A DNA stretch of 64,000 nucleotides, taken from NCBI GenBank assembly GCA_964016885.1, contig OZ024747.1, positions 77,314,001-77,378,000 of the forward strand, in the 5' to 3' direction. Of the stretch, positions 12,390 through 27,382 are shown in pieces; the first letter of the stretch is position 1, and each line of letters begins with the position of its first letter. The notes beneath the pieces were generated by a model. That model made no database searches and was not told where the DNA came from. It worked only from the letters and a program-made list of their open reading frames with translations. The position numbers and the translations under genes were made by a program. The stretch is from Eledone cirrhosa (taxonomy: Eukaryota).

Positions 12390-14415
12390 TCACACCACCA
12401 CCACCACTACTACCTCCACTACCACCATCACCACCACCACCACCACCACCACTACTACCTCCACTACCACCATCACCACCACCATCACCACCACCAACAC
12501 CACCACCATGATCACCACTACCACCACTAACACCACCACCACCACAACCACCACCACCAACACCACCAACATCACTACCACCTCTACCACCACTACAACT
12601 ACCACCACTACCACCACTACCACCACCAACACCACTACCACCACTACCACCTCTACCACCACCACAACCACCACCACCACCAACACCACCAACATCACTA
12701 CCACCTCTACCACCTCTACCACTACCACCACCACCACCACCACCATCACCACCACCACCACTACCACCACCACTACCACCACCATCACCACCACCAACAT
12801 CCCGACCACCACCACTACCACCACCATCACACACCACTACCACCACCACTACCACCTCCACTACCACCTCCACTACCACCATCACCACCACCAACTCCAC
12901 CACCATCATCACCACTACTACCTCCAGTACCACCACCACCACCACCAACACTACCACTACCACCACTACCACCAACACCACCACCACCACCACCACCACA
13001 ACCACCACCATCACCACCACCATTACCCCAGCACCACCACCACCACTTCCCCACCACCAACACCACCACCACCACCACCACCATCACCACCGCTACCACC
13101 ACTACCACCAACACCACCACCACCACCACCACCACAACCACCACCATCACCACCACCACTACCCCACCACCACCACCACCACCACTACCACCACTACCAT
13201 CAACACCACCACCACCACTACCACCAACACCACCACCACCACCACTACCACCAACACCACCACTACCACCACTACCACCAACACCACCACCACCACCACC
13301 ACAACCACCACCATTACCACCACCACTACCCCACCACCACCACCACCACCACCACCACCACCACCACCACCATCACCACCAACACTACACACCACCACCA
13401 CCATCACCACCAACACTACACACCACCACCACCATCACCACCAACACTACACACCACCACCACCATCACCACCAACACTACACACCACCACCACCATCAC
13501 CACCAACACTACACACCACCACCACCACCACCACCACCAACACTACACACCACCACCAACACTACACACCACCACCACCACCAACACTACACACCACCAC
13601 CACCACCACAGCAATAACCCTAATTTTCACATTACCAGTCTCAACTTTATATACTTACATACAGGTTATTTCTTTGTAGTACTTACTGGACACACACCTT
13701 GCTCTACTACTACTAATTCATACAACACCACCACCACCACCACTAGCACCACCACCACCACCACCACCACCACCACTAGCACCACCACCACCACCACCAC
13801 CACTTCCATCATCACTACCACCACCACTACTACCATCACCATCACCACCACCACCACCACCACCACCACTAGCACCACCACCACCACCACCACCACTTCC
13901 ATCATCACTACCACCACCACTACTACCATCACCATCACCACTACTACCACCACCACCACTACCACCATCACCACTACTACCACCACCACCACTACCACCA
14001 CCACCACTAACCACCACCACCACCACCACTACCACCACCACCACCACTAACCACCACCACCACTACCACCACCACCACTACTACTACCATCACCACTACT
14101 ACCACCACCACCACTACTACCACCACCACCACTACCACCACCACCACCACTACCACCCTCCCCCACTACTACCACCACCACCACTACCACCATCCCCACT
14201 ACTAACATCACCACTACTACCACCACCACCACTACCACCACCACCACCACTACCACCATCCCCACTACTACCATCACCACTACACCACCACCACCACTAC
14301 CACCACCACCACTACCACCACCACCACTACTACCACCACCACCACTACCACCACCAACACCACTACCACCCTCCCACCACTACCACCCTCCCCAACTACT
14401 ACCACCACCACCAAC
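12390..14415. repeat. Degenerate (CAC/CTA)n trinucleotide tract, about 2 kb
   Basis: ACC/ACT/ATC runs with a short unique interruption at about 13620-13720. Confidence 0.95.
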
Positions 14416-14544
14416 AACGCCGCTCCCGTTCATTCTACATTCAGACATTCTCTCACAGTTTTCATTTGGAATTTAACAGTGAAAGGAGAACTTTTGTCGT
14501 TCCTGGTTTCAGAGAAAGAAGAGTCGTGTAAAGAACAGTTGGAA

Positions 14545-14548
14545 ACAA

Positions 14549-14579
<31 letters not shown>

Positions 14580-14785
14580 GACAACATCAACAACAACAAC
14601 AACAACGACAACGACGACAACAACAATAACAACATCAACAATGACAACAACAGCAACAACGACAACGACATCAACAACAATAACAACATAATAAAAACAG
14701 ACAGAAACAACAACAACAACAACATCAAAAACAACAATAACAACAACATACTCAGCAACAACAACAACATCAATTATAATAACAA
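14545..14785. repeat. Degenerate (CAA)n microsatellite
   Basis: ACAACA runs. Confidence 0.9.
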
Positions 14786-15599
14786 GTAATTCCATTGCAA
14801 TCGATTAGGGATTCAATTACTTTTTAAGTTATTTTTTTATTCATTGTTTAGCCCTAGGTGAGCTATGGTCAAATAGATCTATGATCAAAGGTAATCCAAC
14901 TGTGACCATCTTGTCTTTACAGTAAACGTGTTGCATCAAGGAACCCGTTTTCAAATGTGTTCTTTTCAAAGAGAGTAAGATACGATTTGGGGTCATTTGA
15001 CTGCTATTTGTAGCAGGTGAAACAACCGCGTGATTCTATCATTCAATCAATACCCTCAGTGTATAACTGGTACCTAGTTTTAATCACAGATGAAGAAACA
15101 ACATACATGATCTCCGATGAGATTTTTAAAACTCTGTTTTGTTTGCTTCAAAAATTTGTTTCCTTCACTTTAGGTAAGATTTATATATTTTTTTCCTTTT
15201 TTTTCCTTGCTTGTTTTTTTTAAAATAATTTATAATTGTGGCAATCAACTCATAAATCGGTGAATTAGCATAACATAAGGCTTCCTATTCTTTTTGTGAC
15301 ATCATCCACTTTTACATGGGAAAATGTGTCCATCGCTCCCCTATATAGTAAATTTTCACACCAAAAATGTTTGGTAAAGGTTTGTTACTGGTTCGTTAGC
15401 CCTGTTTTTTTAACAAAAGGCTTCCTGTTTTTTTAACAAAAGGCTTCCTGGTTTTTTTAAACAGGTCCTTTGCATATCTCCTTTGAGCATATGTTGAAAT
15501 ACCTTCTTAATACTCAAAATCCTATATCGTCCACCAAAATTTGCAATCACCCACCATTTTCTGTTCAGATACTCATCACCCAGCCAACAGTTAAAACCA

Positions 15600-15740
15600 C
15601 CTAGGCTGGGAAACCTTAGGACAAACGATATGCCTTCCGGCTCTCTGCACTCTGATTTCAAATCCCGCCGACGTCACCACCTGTCTCTTATTCTTTCAAA
15701 GTTAATCAGAAAGAACCAGTCTAGTACTGGGGTCAATTCT
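15600..15740 (+). mobile_element. Degenerate tRNA-derived SINE
   Basis: TCTGATTTCAAATCCCGCCGA ... ACCAGTCTAGTACTGGGGTC resembles the other SINE copies in the window. Confidence 0.55.
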
Positions 15741-15759
15741 TCCTCAACGAGCTCTTTCT

Positions 15760-16600
15760 CACTTCCTCTCTATGTATGTTTGAAGGTATGAATGGATGTA
15801 TTGGGGATATAGAGGCATAGTAACTATCGATGTCAAATTGTATAAATTCAAGGCGATTCTTATCCTTAATGCTAACAAACCAGTCAATAACCTGGTCAGT
15901 ATTAAGCAAGTTCTGTCATTCAATTTAGGTGTGATACGGTCAAGGATACACTTGCTAATTCGACTTATATCAGATGTAGAAGGGCTTATAAGCCTAACAG
16001 AGGGGTTTTTTAAAAAGTTGCATTTATGGTCTTTCAGAGAAAATCTAGGGATCATAGGTTTATATGGGTCAGTGTATTTATCAATAACTAAATCCTTCAC
16101 AATAACCTTAGCTTTATTATTAATTTCATTGAGAGAAGATAAGTTTTTGGTAATTAAGATTTTTGTCCATAGCACAAATCATTACACCTATTTATACTCC
16201 CCTTAACTCTGTCATATTTATAATTATTTATAATACACTTCCTATAGTATCCCTTTTTAGTATTTCTTTTTAGTGTTAACCCTTACTACCTAGGCCTTTC
16301 TCCTACTTTTATACACTCTTAGACTACAATCTTTATATATCCTTCCTTTTAAATCATTTTAATTTTGATTTCTATATTTTTCTTCTTAATTTTTTATCTT
16401 CCATTAGAGGAAATTTTGCCTGGTTATTTGGTATGCATAGACTCACCTTAAATATCATAAGAATTTTTTATCTTGCAAATTCTTTCCCTTTAATTCCTAA
16501 TATAACCCCTTTTTTTTACCTTTTCCACATTATTTTAATATACATCACCCCCTCTAATTTTAATTTTTAATGATTTCTCATATGTTTACCCTCTTGTTCA
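15760..16600 (-). mobile_element. Penelope-like (Naiad-like) RT fragment
   Basis: LKDHKCNFLKNPSVRLISPSTSDISRISKCILD, the KDHK..F...P..RLI.P motif of PLE RT N-termini; degraded. Confidence 0.75.
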
Positions 16601-16686
16601 ATTTTACATAATATTTCTTTTGAAATTAAATGCATGGAAGATTTCACAGCACTAGCACCAGTCCTTCATAATCAGCTTATGAACTT

Positions 16687-16868
16687 TGGCGGTATCGGTG
16701 TAGGATTAGAAGCCATGCTTAGCAGCATAGAGTTACGGCCCTTTACGGTCTGAGTTCAAATCTGCCGAGGTTAACTTTGCCTTTCATCCTTACGGGGTCT
16801 ATAAAATAAAGTACCAGTAATGCACTGGGATAATTGCTGGCCTTGTACTAAAAGCAGAAACAATTATT
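16687..16868 (+). mobile_element. tRNA-derived SINE with Meta-like core
   Basis: A-box-like TGGCGGTATCGG, B-box GAGTTCAAATC, core GCCTTTCATCCTTACGGGGTC..AAAATAAAGTACCAGT. Confidence 0.85.
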
Positions 16869-17245
16869 ATTTTGTGTGTTAATTTAGTGTGTTGTAAGTA
16901 AAACAGTAGTTTTTCTAGCATATTCAGACTTGTCTGCTGTCCCTACGACACGAAGTTCCACTTCTTACGTCAGCAAAACTATAAATTAAACATATCAAAA
17001 GACAGTATTATGTTTACCAACTCTGTCTATCTAGTAAACTTCCTACAAAGAACACAGTCAATTGTATTCGCAAAGCCAGCATGCTAACGTCTCTTTCGCA
17101 AGGCAAATTTTTACTTGTCTCCCCCTCATTCTTCTAATATATATAAATATATATATATGTAGGAGGTGAGTTTTATTGTAGCACAATAAAGCAATGCAAA
17201 TATCGGATAAGTAGCACTCTACAGTTTGTAGGACTGAAGTATAAA

Positions 17246-19407
17246 TAATATAAGATCAAAAGATGGTTAAAAGAGTTCCAAGTATTTTATTATGCGCATT
17301 TCAAAAACAAATATCACAAAAAGAGAGATGATATTATTCCTAAACTATTCTTTAGGGCCTTAGATAAATGCTTCCCTCCCTCACATATCTATAGTAAAAT
17401 CTTTAACAAACATACAATAAAATGTTCCTATTCCACCTCCTCCAACATCTCTAACATTATCTCCAAACACAATAAAATATTAAATATTAAATCACATCCT
17501 TCCAACACTGAGTGTCATAATAATAGCAGTAGTACTCCCGACGTCATTGTTAACTCTAGGCTAGATTCTGCAATCTCAAATACGACGTCAAACGTAACTT
17601 CGTTGAATGTTCATAATACCAATCTAAATCAGGAAACTATTATTCCTATCGTAAATAACTTCTCCAATCCAATTCCTCCTATAAATAACACTAGGTCACT
17701 TGTTAATAACTCTGTTAATTTCTCTAATCGCAATTGTAATTGCCCTGTTAAAACTAAATGTCCTCTCAATAACCATTGTCTTGAAAAAAACTTAGTCTAT
17801 TACCTATTCCTTTACCTATTTCGGTTCCACTTCCACTCCTTCAAAGCGAGATTTTATAATCACAATTCGTCTTTTAGATACCAACTTAAAAGAACTAACA
17901 CGGCACTCTCAGAACTCATATGGTCCTTGAAAGACAAAAATATTAACTATAACATCTCTTGGAGGAAAGTTTGTTCTGCCTCTCCCTACTTGAATGCCTC
18001 CCTATCCAGAACGTGTAATCTTTGCCTATCTGAGAAATTTACCATTATATCTAATTTAGATTCTATAATAAATAGACGCACTGATTTATTTTGTCTCTGC
18101 TTGCATAAATTCCACAGAACATTCCATAAAGTGTACAGCTAATATCTAATACCTTACTAGTTTAAAATCCTTTTTCTCAAAGGCTTATATATATTTTTTT
18201 AAATATACACATCTTTCTACCTTATTTCAATATTATTTATTATATATTATATAATACAAGTTACTCATTCTATATCATTCCTCTTTATTACTTTCCTTTC
18301 TTCCTCTTTTCTTTTTTCTTTTTAATTTCTAACCTCAAATCTGTACTTTTTCTTCCTAACTACTTCTCAATTCTTATTATTACTCACCACAACATATCCA
18401 CTCTTCCATCTTTCTTCATATCATTGGCCATAAAAATTATCATTATCTTTTAAATACATTATAGTATTAACTTTAATAGTCCTTCGTAAACATAAACATT
18501 TTTTGACGTTAGATTTTTCTTCCTTAAATTCTTTATCTCTTCCTTTCATGCTCGTTTGACTTTTACATATTAATTACAATACATAAAAACAAACTTAAAC
18601 CCTAACTAATTTCCTTTAATATATTATATTATTACCATTAAAAAATATTTCGTAAACATATATATTTTTTGATGTTAGATATTTTCTTCCTTAAACATTC
18701 TTTTCTTTTTTGCTTTCTGCGCTCATTTTAAAACAAACTATTTACATATATTACGCACACATATTACATTACATAAAGACAAACTTAAACACGAACTAAT
18801 TCCTCTAAATTCATAACTCATCCACTCTTCTACTTCTTTTCACATTATATCCCTTAATAACATTAATATTTTAATTTTAATAATACATATTAACAATTTC
18901 TTTTCCTCGCACATATTATTAAACCCTTCAATATACAAACCTTAATTTAATATTATTCTTAACCCCTTTTTCTCTTCATCAACTTTTAATTTCAAATTCT
19001 TTTAAATTATCTATTATCTTCCAACGGCTTTTTAACTTCTCTCTGTGAGACAATATATATTTTTCTCAGTTGTAAAGGCTATCTCTCTCTCTCTATCACC
19101 CATCTCTCCTCCTCTCTCATCCTTCCTTCTTATACTCCTCCCCCACCATTCTTTACTCTTATCTCCTCTTCTTTCTTACCCATTCCACCCCCCCCCCTCA
19201 CTGTTTCCCAATATCACACATCAATCTTAAATTATTTTTCATATGTTGATTTAAAACTTCACTATTCACAAGTGTTTTTTAACCTTCATATCATGTATCC
19301 CTATTTTATCTGATGAAAATGCAGATATCATCTCATGATGATATTTGTTTTTGAAATGCGCATAATAAAATACTTGGAACTCTTTTAACCATCTTTTGAT
19401 CTTATAT

Positions 19408-19409
<2 letters not shown>
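17246..19409 (+). mobile_element. 5'-truncated PLE: GIY-YIG region, 3' pLTR with HHR, and an inverted partial pLTR at the 5' side
   Basis: ORF 17603..18142 CNCPVKTKCPLNNHC..FKARFYNH..CNLCLSEK..CLH; 71-bp inverted repeat 17246-17316 vs 19339-19409. Confidence 0.85.
19302..19372 (+). ncRNA. Type I hammerhead ribozyme (PLE minimal type)
   Basis: TATTTTAT-CTGATGA-[stem II gcagatatcatc/gatgatatttgt]-GAAA-TGCGCA-TA-ATAAAATA. Confidence 0.85.
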
Positions 19410-19449
<40 letters not shown>

Positions 19450-19728
19450 GAGAGGGGGAGAGAAAGAGATAGCTAAATAGATAGATGAATACATACATAT
19501 ATATACATACATATATATGTATGAATACATACATATATATGTGTATATATATATATATATATGGATGTATATATATTGTATTTTGCAATACACTTTATGC
19601 TTAATTAAAAGCATTTTGAAGACCGTAAGCTATTGTTTTAAAGTAGTGACAAATTCACTCACTTTGATCTCAGCAAACAGGGGAGATAAGCCGACAAGAC
19701 TTGTTTATATATACACACATACAAGACT

Positions 19729-19908
19729 TGTATATATATACACACATGCACACATATATATATATATGCACGTATCGGTTTACCGAACATTTATTACAAT
19801 GCTCGGTTTGTTTGTTTACAAACAAACAAACCGAGCATTGTAATAAATGTTCGGTAAACCGATACGTGCATATATATATATATGTGTGCATGTGTGTATA
19901 TATATACA
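19729..19908. repeat. Fold-back copy of unclassified repeat family X
   Basis: Near-perfect palindrome centred at about 19818; homologous to 22530-22810, 46000-46385 and 59020-59822. Confidence 0.8.
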
Positions 19909-19981
19909 TACTACTGTACGTCTGTATACATATATGTATGTACGTATACATATATATATTATTATATATATATATATATAG

Positions 19982-20030
19982 GATTCCTGATGATTTCTAA
20001 AGAATGAAACAGTTCTAGACCTGTAGAATC
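19982..20030 (+). ncRNA. Type I hammerhead ribozyme, solo, between (TA)n tracts
   Basis: GATTC-CTGATGA-tttctaaagaat-GAAA-CAGttctagacCTG-TA-GAATC; same family as 58806-58860. Confidence 0.7.
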
Positions 20031-20049
20031 TCATCTATATTAAAACTTT

Positions 20050-20295
<246 letters not shown>

Positions 20296-20299
20296 AAAT

Positions 20300-22495
20300 G
20301 TGCTGTAGACACCTGACTATTCGCTTTGTTAGCTTAGAGAACTGCAACCCTATCCAATGGTGTAACCACAAATCCAATCAAAAACTGCTCCCTGAACAAG
20401 AAAATGATTCTTTTTTAGCCATGAACCTGGCAAAAGAGATACAGAAAAACATTTTAGCCATTACCCAACACCATCCTTGCTGTCACTAACACACAATCTC
20501 AAAACAACCCCCCTGCAACAGTCAAAACCAGCCACCACATTAGCCTCCACATTTTTACTCAATACACAAGGTATCAGCCCATCCATCAATGTACAGAAAT
20601 GGAAGATCCAATTCATTGAGGATTGGTTGGTAACCATCCATTTCACATCCCCTCTTCATTCTTACTGAGACCCACCTTGACAACTCCCACTTGGAGGCCG
20701 AAATAAGAGTGAGGAATTTCACACCCATCCGCGCGGATCGTGTTGGCAGAAGGAAGGGTGGAACTGCCCTTTTCCTATATGATTCCTTTACAGCAGATGG
20801 TAACAACATTCTCCAATGGCTACTGTGAATAAGTCACTGTGCACAACAAAGCCAATGACCTGATAGTAGTTGGGCTCTATAGGCCACCACAAACACCCAT
20901 AATCTGCTTCAAAGAATGCCTCAACAACATTAAATGCTTCATTCAACAGTGCCATTCTAGCAACATACTTTTGATGGGAGATTTTAATCTACCCTGTGTC
21001 GATTGGTCTACAAGCAGTTTGAAATCAGGCACTCCAACCTCTACCACTGACAAAGAAGCAGTCGAGTCACTTCTTGACTTTATGAATGAGTTTTTCTTGT
21101 CCCAACTTGTCCTTGCACCAACAAGGCACCAGAAGAACATTCTGGATCTAGTGTTTAGTAACCACACCAACACTATACATAATATTACAGTGGAAAAAAA
21201 CCTTTCTCTCAGACCATCACATGGTTCTTTATTACCTGAGATTCCACCAGCCGAAAGCTAATCCTAGGGACCCCTTTCCAGCCCACCCATTTGATAACAC
21301 GGATCTCTATAATGCCAACTGGGATGCAATTATGAACGAACTATTACATGTTGACTGGTCTTTTACACACGCACACATTTCCATCAACATCAAAACATCT
21401 TGGCAGATCTTTGTAGACACTGTCACAAATATATGTACAAAACACACCCCACCAAAACCTGTGAACAAAACTATGTGCAGTACCCCGCAAAACAGAAAAA
21501 AAATTATCAGAAAAATAAAAAGAACAAACAAAAAAATTAACACACTAAAATACTGCCAACAGCAACACACACATTCGACGGCTATCGCCCTGCTTGAATA
21601 AAAAAAATATAACCTCCAGCAATGCATGAAGACCATCATCAATAACCAGCAACAGTTGAAGAGAGGTGGGCCATTGAGAAAATCAAACTCAACCCCAGAG
21701 TGTTCTTTTCATTTGCTAAAAAACACAAGGTGACTGTCTCCACTGTTGGCCCTCCAGTTGATGAAAATGGCACCACTCTCCAAGATAATGCTAAAACGAT
21801 ACTGCTTTGTTTTAAGCAATCCTGATATGGCTGATCTGGGCTGTATCAGTGATGTTAATCCCCAACACACTATGTCAGACATAACGTTTGACGCCCCTGA
21901 TGTCTTAGCGGCAATAAACGAAATTAAACACAATTCAGCAGTAAGCCCCGACCGGTTCCCTGCTTGTGTCCTGAAGGTGTGTCGACACCAACTTGCATCT
22001 CCTCTTGTTAATCTGTGGAGGAACTCACTGGACACTGGCTATATTCCTGAAAACATTGTGTCCCAGTCCGTTGTCCCAGTCTTCAAAAGGGGAAATAAGT
22101 CCCTTGCAGTGAACTACCGTCCGATCTCACTCACCTCTCATATTATCAAGGTATTTGAGAGGTGGTGAGATCACGAATAACCCACTTTCTTGAAAGCAAC
22201 GGCCGGCTGAACTCCAGCCAACATGGGTTCCATAATAGAAGGGATTGCCTAACGCAGCTCCTGCATCACTTTGACGATGTTTTGAGACCCTTGGGAGAGG
22301 GCTCCAGCACTGATGTCATCTACCTTGATTTCAGCAAGGCCTTTGACAGGGTTGATCATAAGATTCTACTGAAAAAACTATCCAATGTTGGTGTCTCTGG
22401 AAAGTTACTACAGTGGATCAAATGTTTCCTGACAGAACCCAACATGTTGTAGTCGATGGAGTAAAATTAAGCCCTGCCAAAGTCAGCAGTGGCTT
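20300..22495 (+). mobile_element. Degraded CR1-like LINE ORF2 (APE plus N-terminal half of RT), 3'-truncated
   Basis: LTETHL, GLYRPP, MGDFNLP, ILDLVF, NYRPISLTS, SQHGF, YLDFSKAFDRVDH; several frameshifts. Confidence 0.88.
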
Positions 22496-22529
22496 AATTT
22501 TATAATTATACCTAAATATAAGCATGTAT

Positions 22530-22623
22530 ACGTGACGTAATTCGGGCTGTTTGTTTACAAGCAAACCGAGCATTATAATAAATGTTCGGTAAATCCATAC
22601 GTACATATATATATGTGTGCATG

Positions 22624-22713
<90 letters not shown>

Positions 22714-22812
22714 CTACTGTACGTCTGTACACATATATGTATGTACGTATACATACTTATATTTAGGTATCAGCCGTACTAAGAGTGAGAAATGAAATTT
22801 CGTTTCATTCTT
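22530..22812. repeat. Partial copy of repeat family X
   Basis: GTTTGTTTACAAGCAAACCGAGCATT... and GCCGTACTAAGAGTGAGAAATGAAATTT match the 59020 copy in reverse. Confidence 0.75.
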
Positions 22813-22873
22813 TTCCATTTATATATACATATATACATATATACATATATACACACACATACACACACACACA

Positions 22874-22974
<101 letters not shown>

Positions 22975-23052
22975 TCACACTCACATGTACATATACACAC
23001 ATGTATATATATATACACACATACATACACATACATACACAGACACATACAA

Positions 23053-23097
<45 letters not shown>

Positions 23098-23419
23098 CAT
23101 ATACACACATACACACATATATATATACATATACACACATACATGTACATATACACATGCATACATATATATATATATATTGAAGTACGTTATGCATGTG
23201 GAAAAAGCAGATAGCTAAGAGGTACTTACATAACCATTGTGCTATGCGGCGAGTCGAGATGGGGTTAGGGGTAGGGTGGGATGGAGGTGGAGGGGATATT
23301 TTGTCGAGTGGGGTTTTTAAAAAAGATGATTTTTTAGCCATCTGGCTTCAACACTGGCTTAAGATGTTTGAAAGTTGCAAAGCTTTTGTACATGCAATTC
23401 GGGCAGTGTTCAGAGATTT

Positions 23420-23923
23420 GTTCAGTATCGGGCTCTTGGCAAATAGTATTTCGTAGCTCTCTGAAATACAAAGATCACAGCACTTGTGTCCTCCCTTGTA
23501 TGAGTGCGCTTCCTAGAGTATTTTCCATTTGAACGTGAAAGGCGTGGAGTTCCTCTTGAGGTCCCAGACATAGGAGGCGAGTGTTGTCTGATTGGATTTG
23601 TCCGGTCTTCTGAAAGACTGGGTATGGGCATACCACAGGGTCTTAAAATTGTTGGAAGTCATTCCGATTTAAGTCTTTTTGTTGTTGTCATCAGTGCCTG
23701 AGATGACATCACATTTATATACGATTTCATTTGTCAGGCATTTGTTTTCAAGTGGGCAGGCTTCCTTATTTTGGTAGTTGCACAAAGCTCCCGTCCGGGG
23801 ATTGGTTTCGGAGGTAGTAGGCTTATTTAATTTTGTAGTGTTGAGATTGGCTATATTCTTAGCTATGTTAGGTGTAGTGGAGTAGGAGAGTCTTATTGTA
23901 TTCTTATTAAAGATAGTGTAGTA

Positions 23924-23925
<2 letters not shown>
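23420..23925 (-). mobile_element. PLE GIY-YIG endonuclease fragment
   Basis: Minus strand reads YYTIFNKNTIRLSYSTTPNIA...CNYQNKEACPLENKCL; ends at a (TA)n tract. Confidence 0.75.
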
Positions 23926-24008
<83 letters not shown>

Positions 24009-24269
24009 AAAGTAACGTCCAGTTACTGTAGCTTCACCAAAGTGGACACTCGATGCGTAGTTTCCAGTCGGTACAGAGATGTAGATTTTTAATGTCTTCA
24101 TTCGATACAGATCGGACCTTGAGCTGATCAATAGCGAAACGTGCGTCACTATTCAATAAACCTGTGTATGTCGTTGTCATGTTTCTGCAAGTACCCTCTG
24201 TATATCTTATGCTTTAGACTACATTTCTAGTTTTACAATTTATTTGACGATTTATTCTACATATAACAC

Positions 24270-25620
24270 ATTTCTTATTAGTACAGTGGATTTTCTTAAA
24301 GGGGTATGTTTTGCTGATCAGGGATTGTATGGTAGTTCCTGGCTTTTCTACCACTTCAATCTTTAGATGCGTCTTTTTATGGGCCTATTTAAATTGGTTA
24401 GCTAATTCACCTCCATGGGTTGCATCCACGTATCATCTACGTAACGAGAGTACATGACGAGGGCTATTGAGTTCTGTTCTATGAGTTCTATGAGTCTCCT
24501 TTCCCACCATACCTTAAACAGGTTGGCAACATCACTAGCTATGCTGACGCCAATGGCTGCTCACTCATCCTGGGTGTAAATTTTCTCATTAAATTTAAAC
24601 ATGTGGCCCTTTAGGGTAGTTTTATCCCCTACTTCATATATGATCATTTTTCTCACCTGATCGTTGTTCTTGGGTGTCCGTATGGCTTTGGTCCATACAT
24701 TCCATCTTCCTATGGAAGTCTTTTTAACCATTGAAGTTGGGGGGGGGGGTCTACCTCTTATTGGCCTACTGGGGCAGAAACTGCTGAGGTCATAATTATT
24801 TAAGTATTCACTGTTACATGTAATTCTAAGTAGGAGGCCCAGTTCATCCGTGTCAACGTTGCAGAACTCTACCTCACTCTCACTGATTATTTCCACATAT
24901 TTTTCCACAGTAAAATCAATGGATGGGTACAAGGACACTACATCCATACTGCCTATTATGCAGTTTGTTAAGTCTTCGTTGTTGTTACAGTCATTGATTC
25001 TACTGAGGAGGTCTTCTGTGCTGTCACATACATCTAGGGACATTTTCATTATGGGGCGTAAAATCAGAGAGGAAGTAGGAGATCCTGTTGTTACTAGCAA
25101 TATTGGCTCCACATACAGACCTTGTTGGTGGTCCTGTCATAGGGTTGTTAGTTGTTTTATGGTCTTTGAGGAGCCCGTATAAGGGTGGTATGTCATTGTT
25201 AGATGCTTGGAAATTATTGGCTGTGCGTCTATTTGGTTTTAGGATGTTGGATCGTTTCTCTTTCCTCGTGTGTTTGTGGTGTTGCTTCGCTCGTGTTGTT
25301 GATGTGGGGTTGCATAGCCTTGATATAGTTTAGTATGCTGTCTACTGATATCCTACCGAATTTGTCTGATGGTAGACACACTACCTCACCATCCCTTGTG
25401 CGCTGCATGGGGCTAAGTAGGGCTTCTGCAGGTTTTCTTCCAAGTTGTTGAATTTCTGGTCTGTTTTGTCTCCTAGTATATTGTTCTACTACCTGTCTAA
25501 GTTTATTTCTAGCTATGGTAAACTGTACCTCTATTTGGGCAACTATTTGTTTTGGTATACAAACTCTTTTATAAAAAGGTAATTTAGTGGGGTAAATTTT
25601 GTTTATCTTGTATGTTTTGT
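24270..25620 (-). mobile_element. PLE RT fragment (distinct family)
   Basis: IGSMDVVSLYPSID, HMFKFNEKIYTQ, AAIGVSIASDVANLF; frameshifted. Confidence 0.7.
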
Positions 25621-26052
25621 CAGCTGGGTTGAAGAACAGGTTCTCTTGGGTTGTCATTAAATTTACCCTTATAGTAGTGTGTACTATTGTTGTAGTTATA
25701 GTTGTTGTTGTTTTGCCTACTGTTATAGTTATTACTGCTATTTCTATTATTGTGGTTGTTATATGTATTGTTGTATGTCTATTGCTGCTATTATAGTTGT
25801 TGTTGTTCTCTCTATTGTTACTATATATGTGTGTGTGTGTGTGTGTTTTGTGGTTCACCAATGCATAGAACTGTTCATTCCGTTTAGTTAATCATGATAT
25901 AATATAGGAAAAAGCACTCTACGTTACGCAACTCATCCATTTTTGATGTTGAATCTCGTGGCTGGTGCAGGAACGGAGTTAAATATTTATTTGATTAAAA
26001 TAATAGGAAGCCAGACTGGTGATATCCATTTAAAGTTTTATTGTTGCAAAAA

Positions 26053-26107
26053 ACACTATATATATATTTCAATAGCCTGGTTACATCCTGGTGACATCAT
26101 CAGGCGT
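26053..26107 (-). ncRNA. Type I hammerhead ribozyme in a pLTR-like repeat (related repeat at about 35693-35968)
   Basis: ACGC-CTGATGA-[tgtcaccagg...ccaggctatt]-GAAA-TATATATA-TA-GTGT; stem II irregular; flank GTGGCTGGTGCAGGAACGGAGTTAAATA recurs near 35745. Confidence 0.6.
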
Positions 26108-27214
26108 GGGTTGTATAATTAGTTATTCAATAAAAGGAATTACGGCAAACACAAACAAAGAATTGAGAAAATATTTGATTCTGAGATGGTCCGCGAAATA
26201 GATGTTAATGTTGCGGCAGACCATCTCTGAATAACAAACTCGTCAATGCTAAGCATTGTAGGTTTAGTAGGTACGACCAAGGAAGGTGGTGGGGATTGTG
26301 TGGTGGCGACAGAAACTCTGCTGTTATTGTTACTGCTATACCATTGATGAGAACCAGACGGTCTGCCGCCACAGAGGTTAGGGGTACTAAATTCTGTGTG
26401 AATATATGCTGGCCGAAAACCAGACAATTTATGAGGATATTGCTGCCAATCTGAAAATGGCCTCCAGAAAACTATTCTTCTAAACAATTTGGTGATATAA
26501 GCGGCTGTTCGATTTATAAAAAAAAAATAAAATAAAAGTCTAACTCAACCTCTTTTCGACACACTGTCTCCTTAACATATCTATTCATTACCTTTATTAC
26601 ACCCTTTCCCCCTCTTTCTTCCGTTGCCTAATAGCCCTTGCTCTTTCCCTCCTTTTCTTTTCATTTATATAATTTATAGTTCTTTCCTTTTCTATTACAG
26701 CCACATCTGACCTTTACTCCTTCCCTATCATTTACAATATTTATATAATTAATTATGAAAACTTAATAAACTATTTACAAAAGTCAACAATTACTGGAAA
26801 TACTCATATAAACTATTAACCGATATTCAATAAAATACTTTTCCCTACTAGTAACATTCCTTCCAACTGCAAGCAACCACCAATATACCTTGTTCCCGCA
26901 CATCCCCCAAACACCATTATGAACTTATATGTCTATTATAACGTCACTTGACTTGTTGGCCGAAATCTCGTTATGTAAACAATCACACTTCTCATGTACA
27001 TTATATTTAGCTGGGCAAAGAGGAATATTTGTTTGCCTGTTTAATTCATTTATTTGTATGGTTGTTTGGATTGAACAGGTTATGAATTTATGAAATGTAC
27101 GTTAGCTTAAAGTTAACGGCTTCATATTTTACTATGAAAAATAGTCTAGCAAGTTGAACATATAAGTCTTTGGGGACAAGGCCGTCAGTTGGAGCATCAA
27201 CCTCCACTAGTCTT

Positions 27215-27382
27215 CACGCCATGGAAACTGGAATAAGCACTGGTCTGATGAGCTTTCGGATTCGAGACAGACTTTAACCCTGCGATGGACTGGCTTCCTG
27301 TCCAGTGGGGTGTCTTGTACTCTCAGTTGCTTCATGCCATGGAAACTGGAATAAGCACCAGCCTGATTCGAGACAGACTTTT
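27215..27382 (+). mobile_element. SINE remnant with V-SINE-like core
   Basis: CCCTGCGATGGACTGGCTTCCTGTCCAG and a duplicated GCCATGGAAACTGGAATAAGCAC. Confidence 0.5.

Noticed and set aside
12385-14795. Long poly-Thr/His/Pro/Val/Gly ORFs
   Set aside because: Translations of (CAC)n and (CAA)n microsatellites, open in most frames, with no splice or domain support.
15017-15223. Possible upstream exon ending TTTAG|GTAAGA
   Set aside because: No recognisable coding content or reliable acceptor; cannot be linked to the LRR gene without transcripts.
16687-16790. tRNA gene
   Set aside because: A and B boxes are present but no cloverleaf; multicopy with a SINE core and TSD.
24090-24155. HHR at CTGATCA..GAAACGTGCGTC
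   Set aside because: Core is mutated and no stem I partner is found; at most a decayed motif.
27245-27275. CTGATGAG as an HHR
   Set aside because: No GAAA or stem III; part of a SINE remnant.
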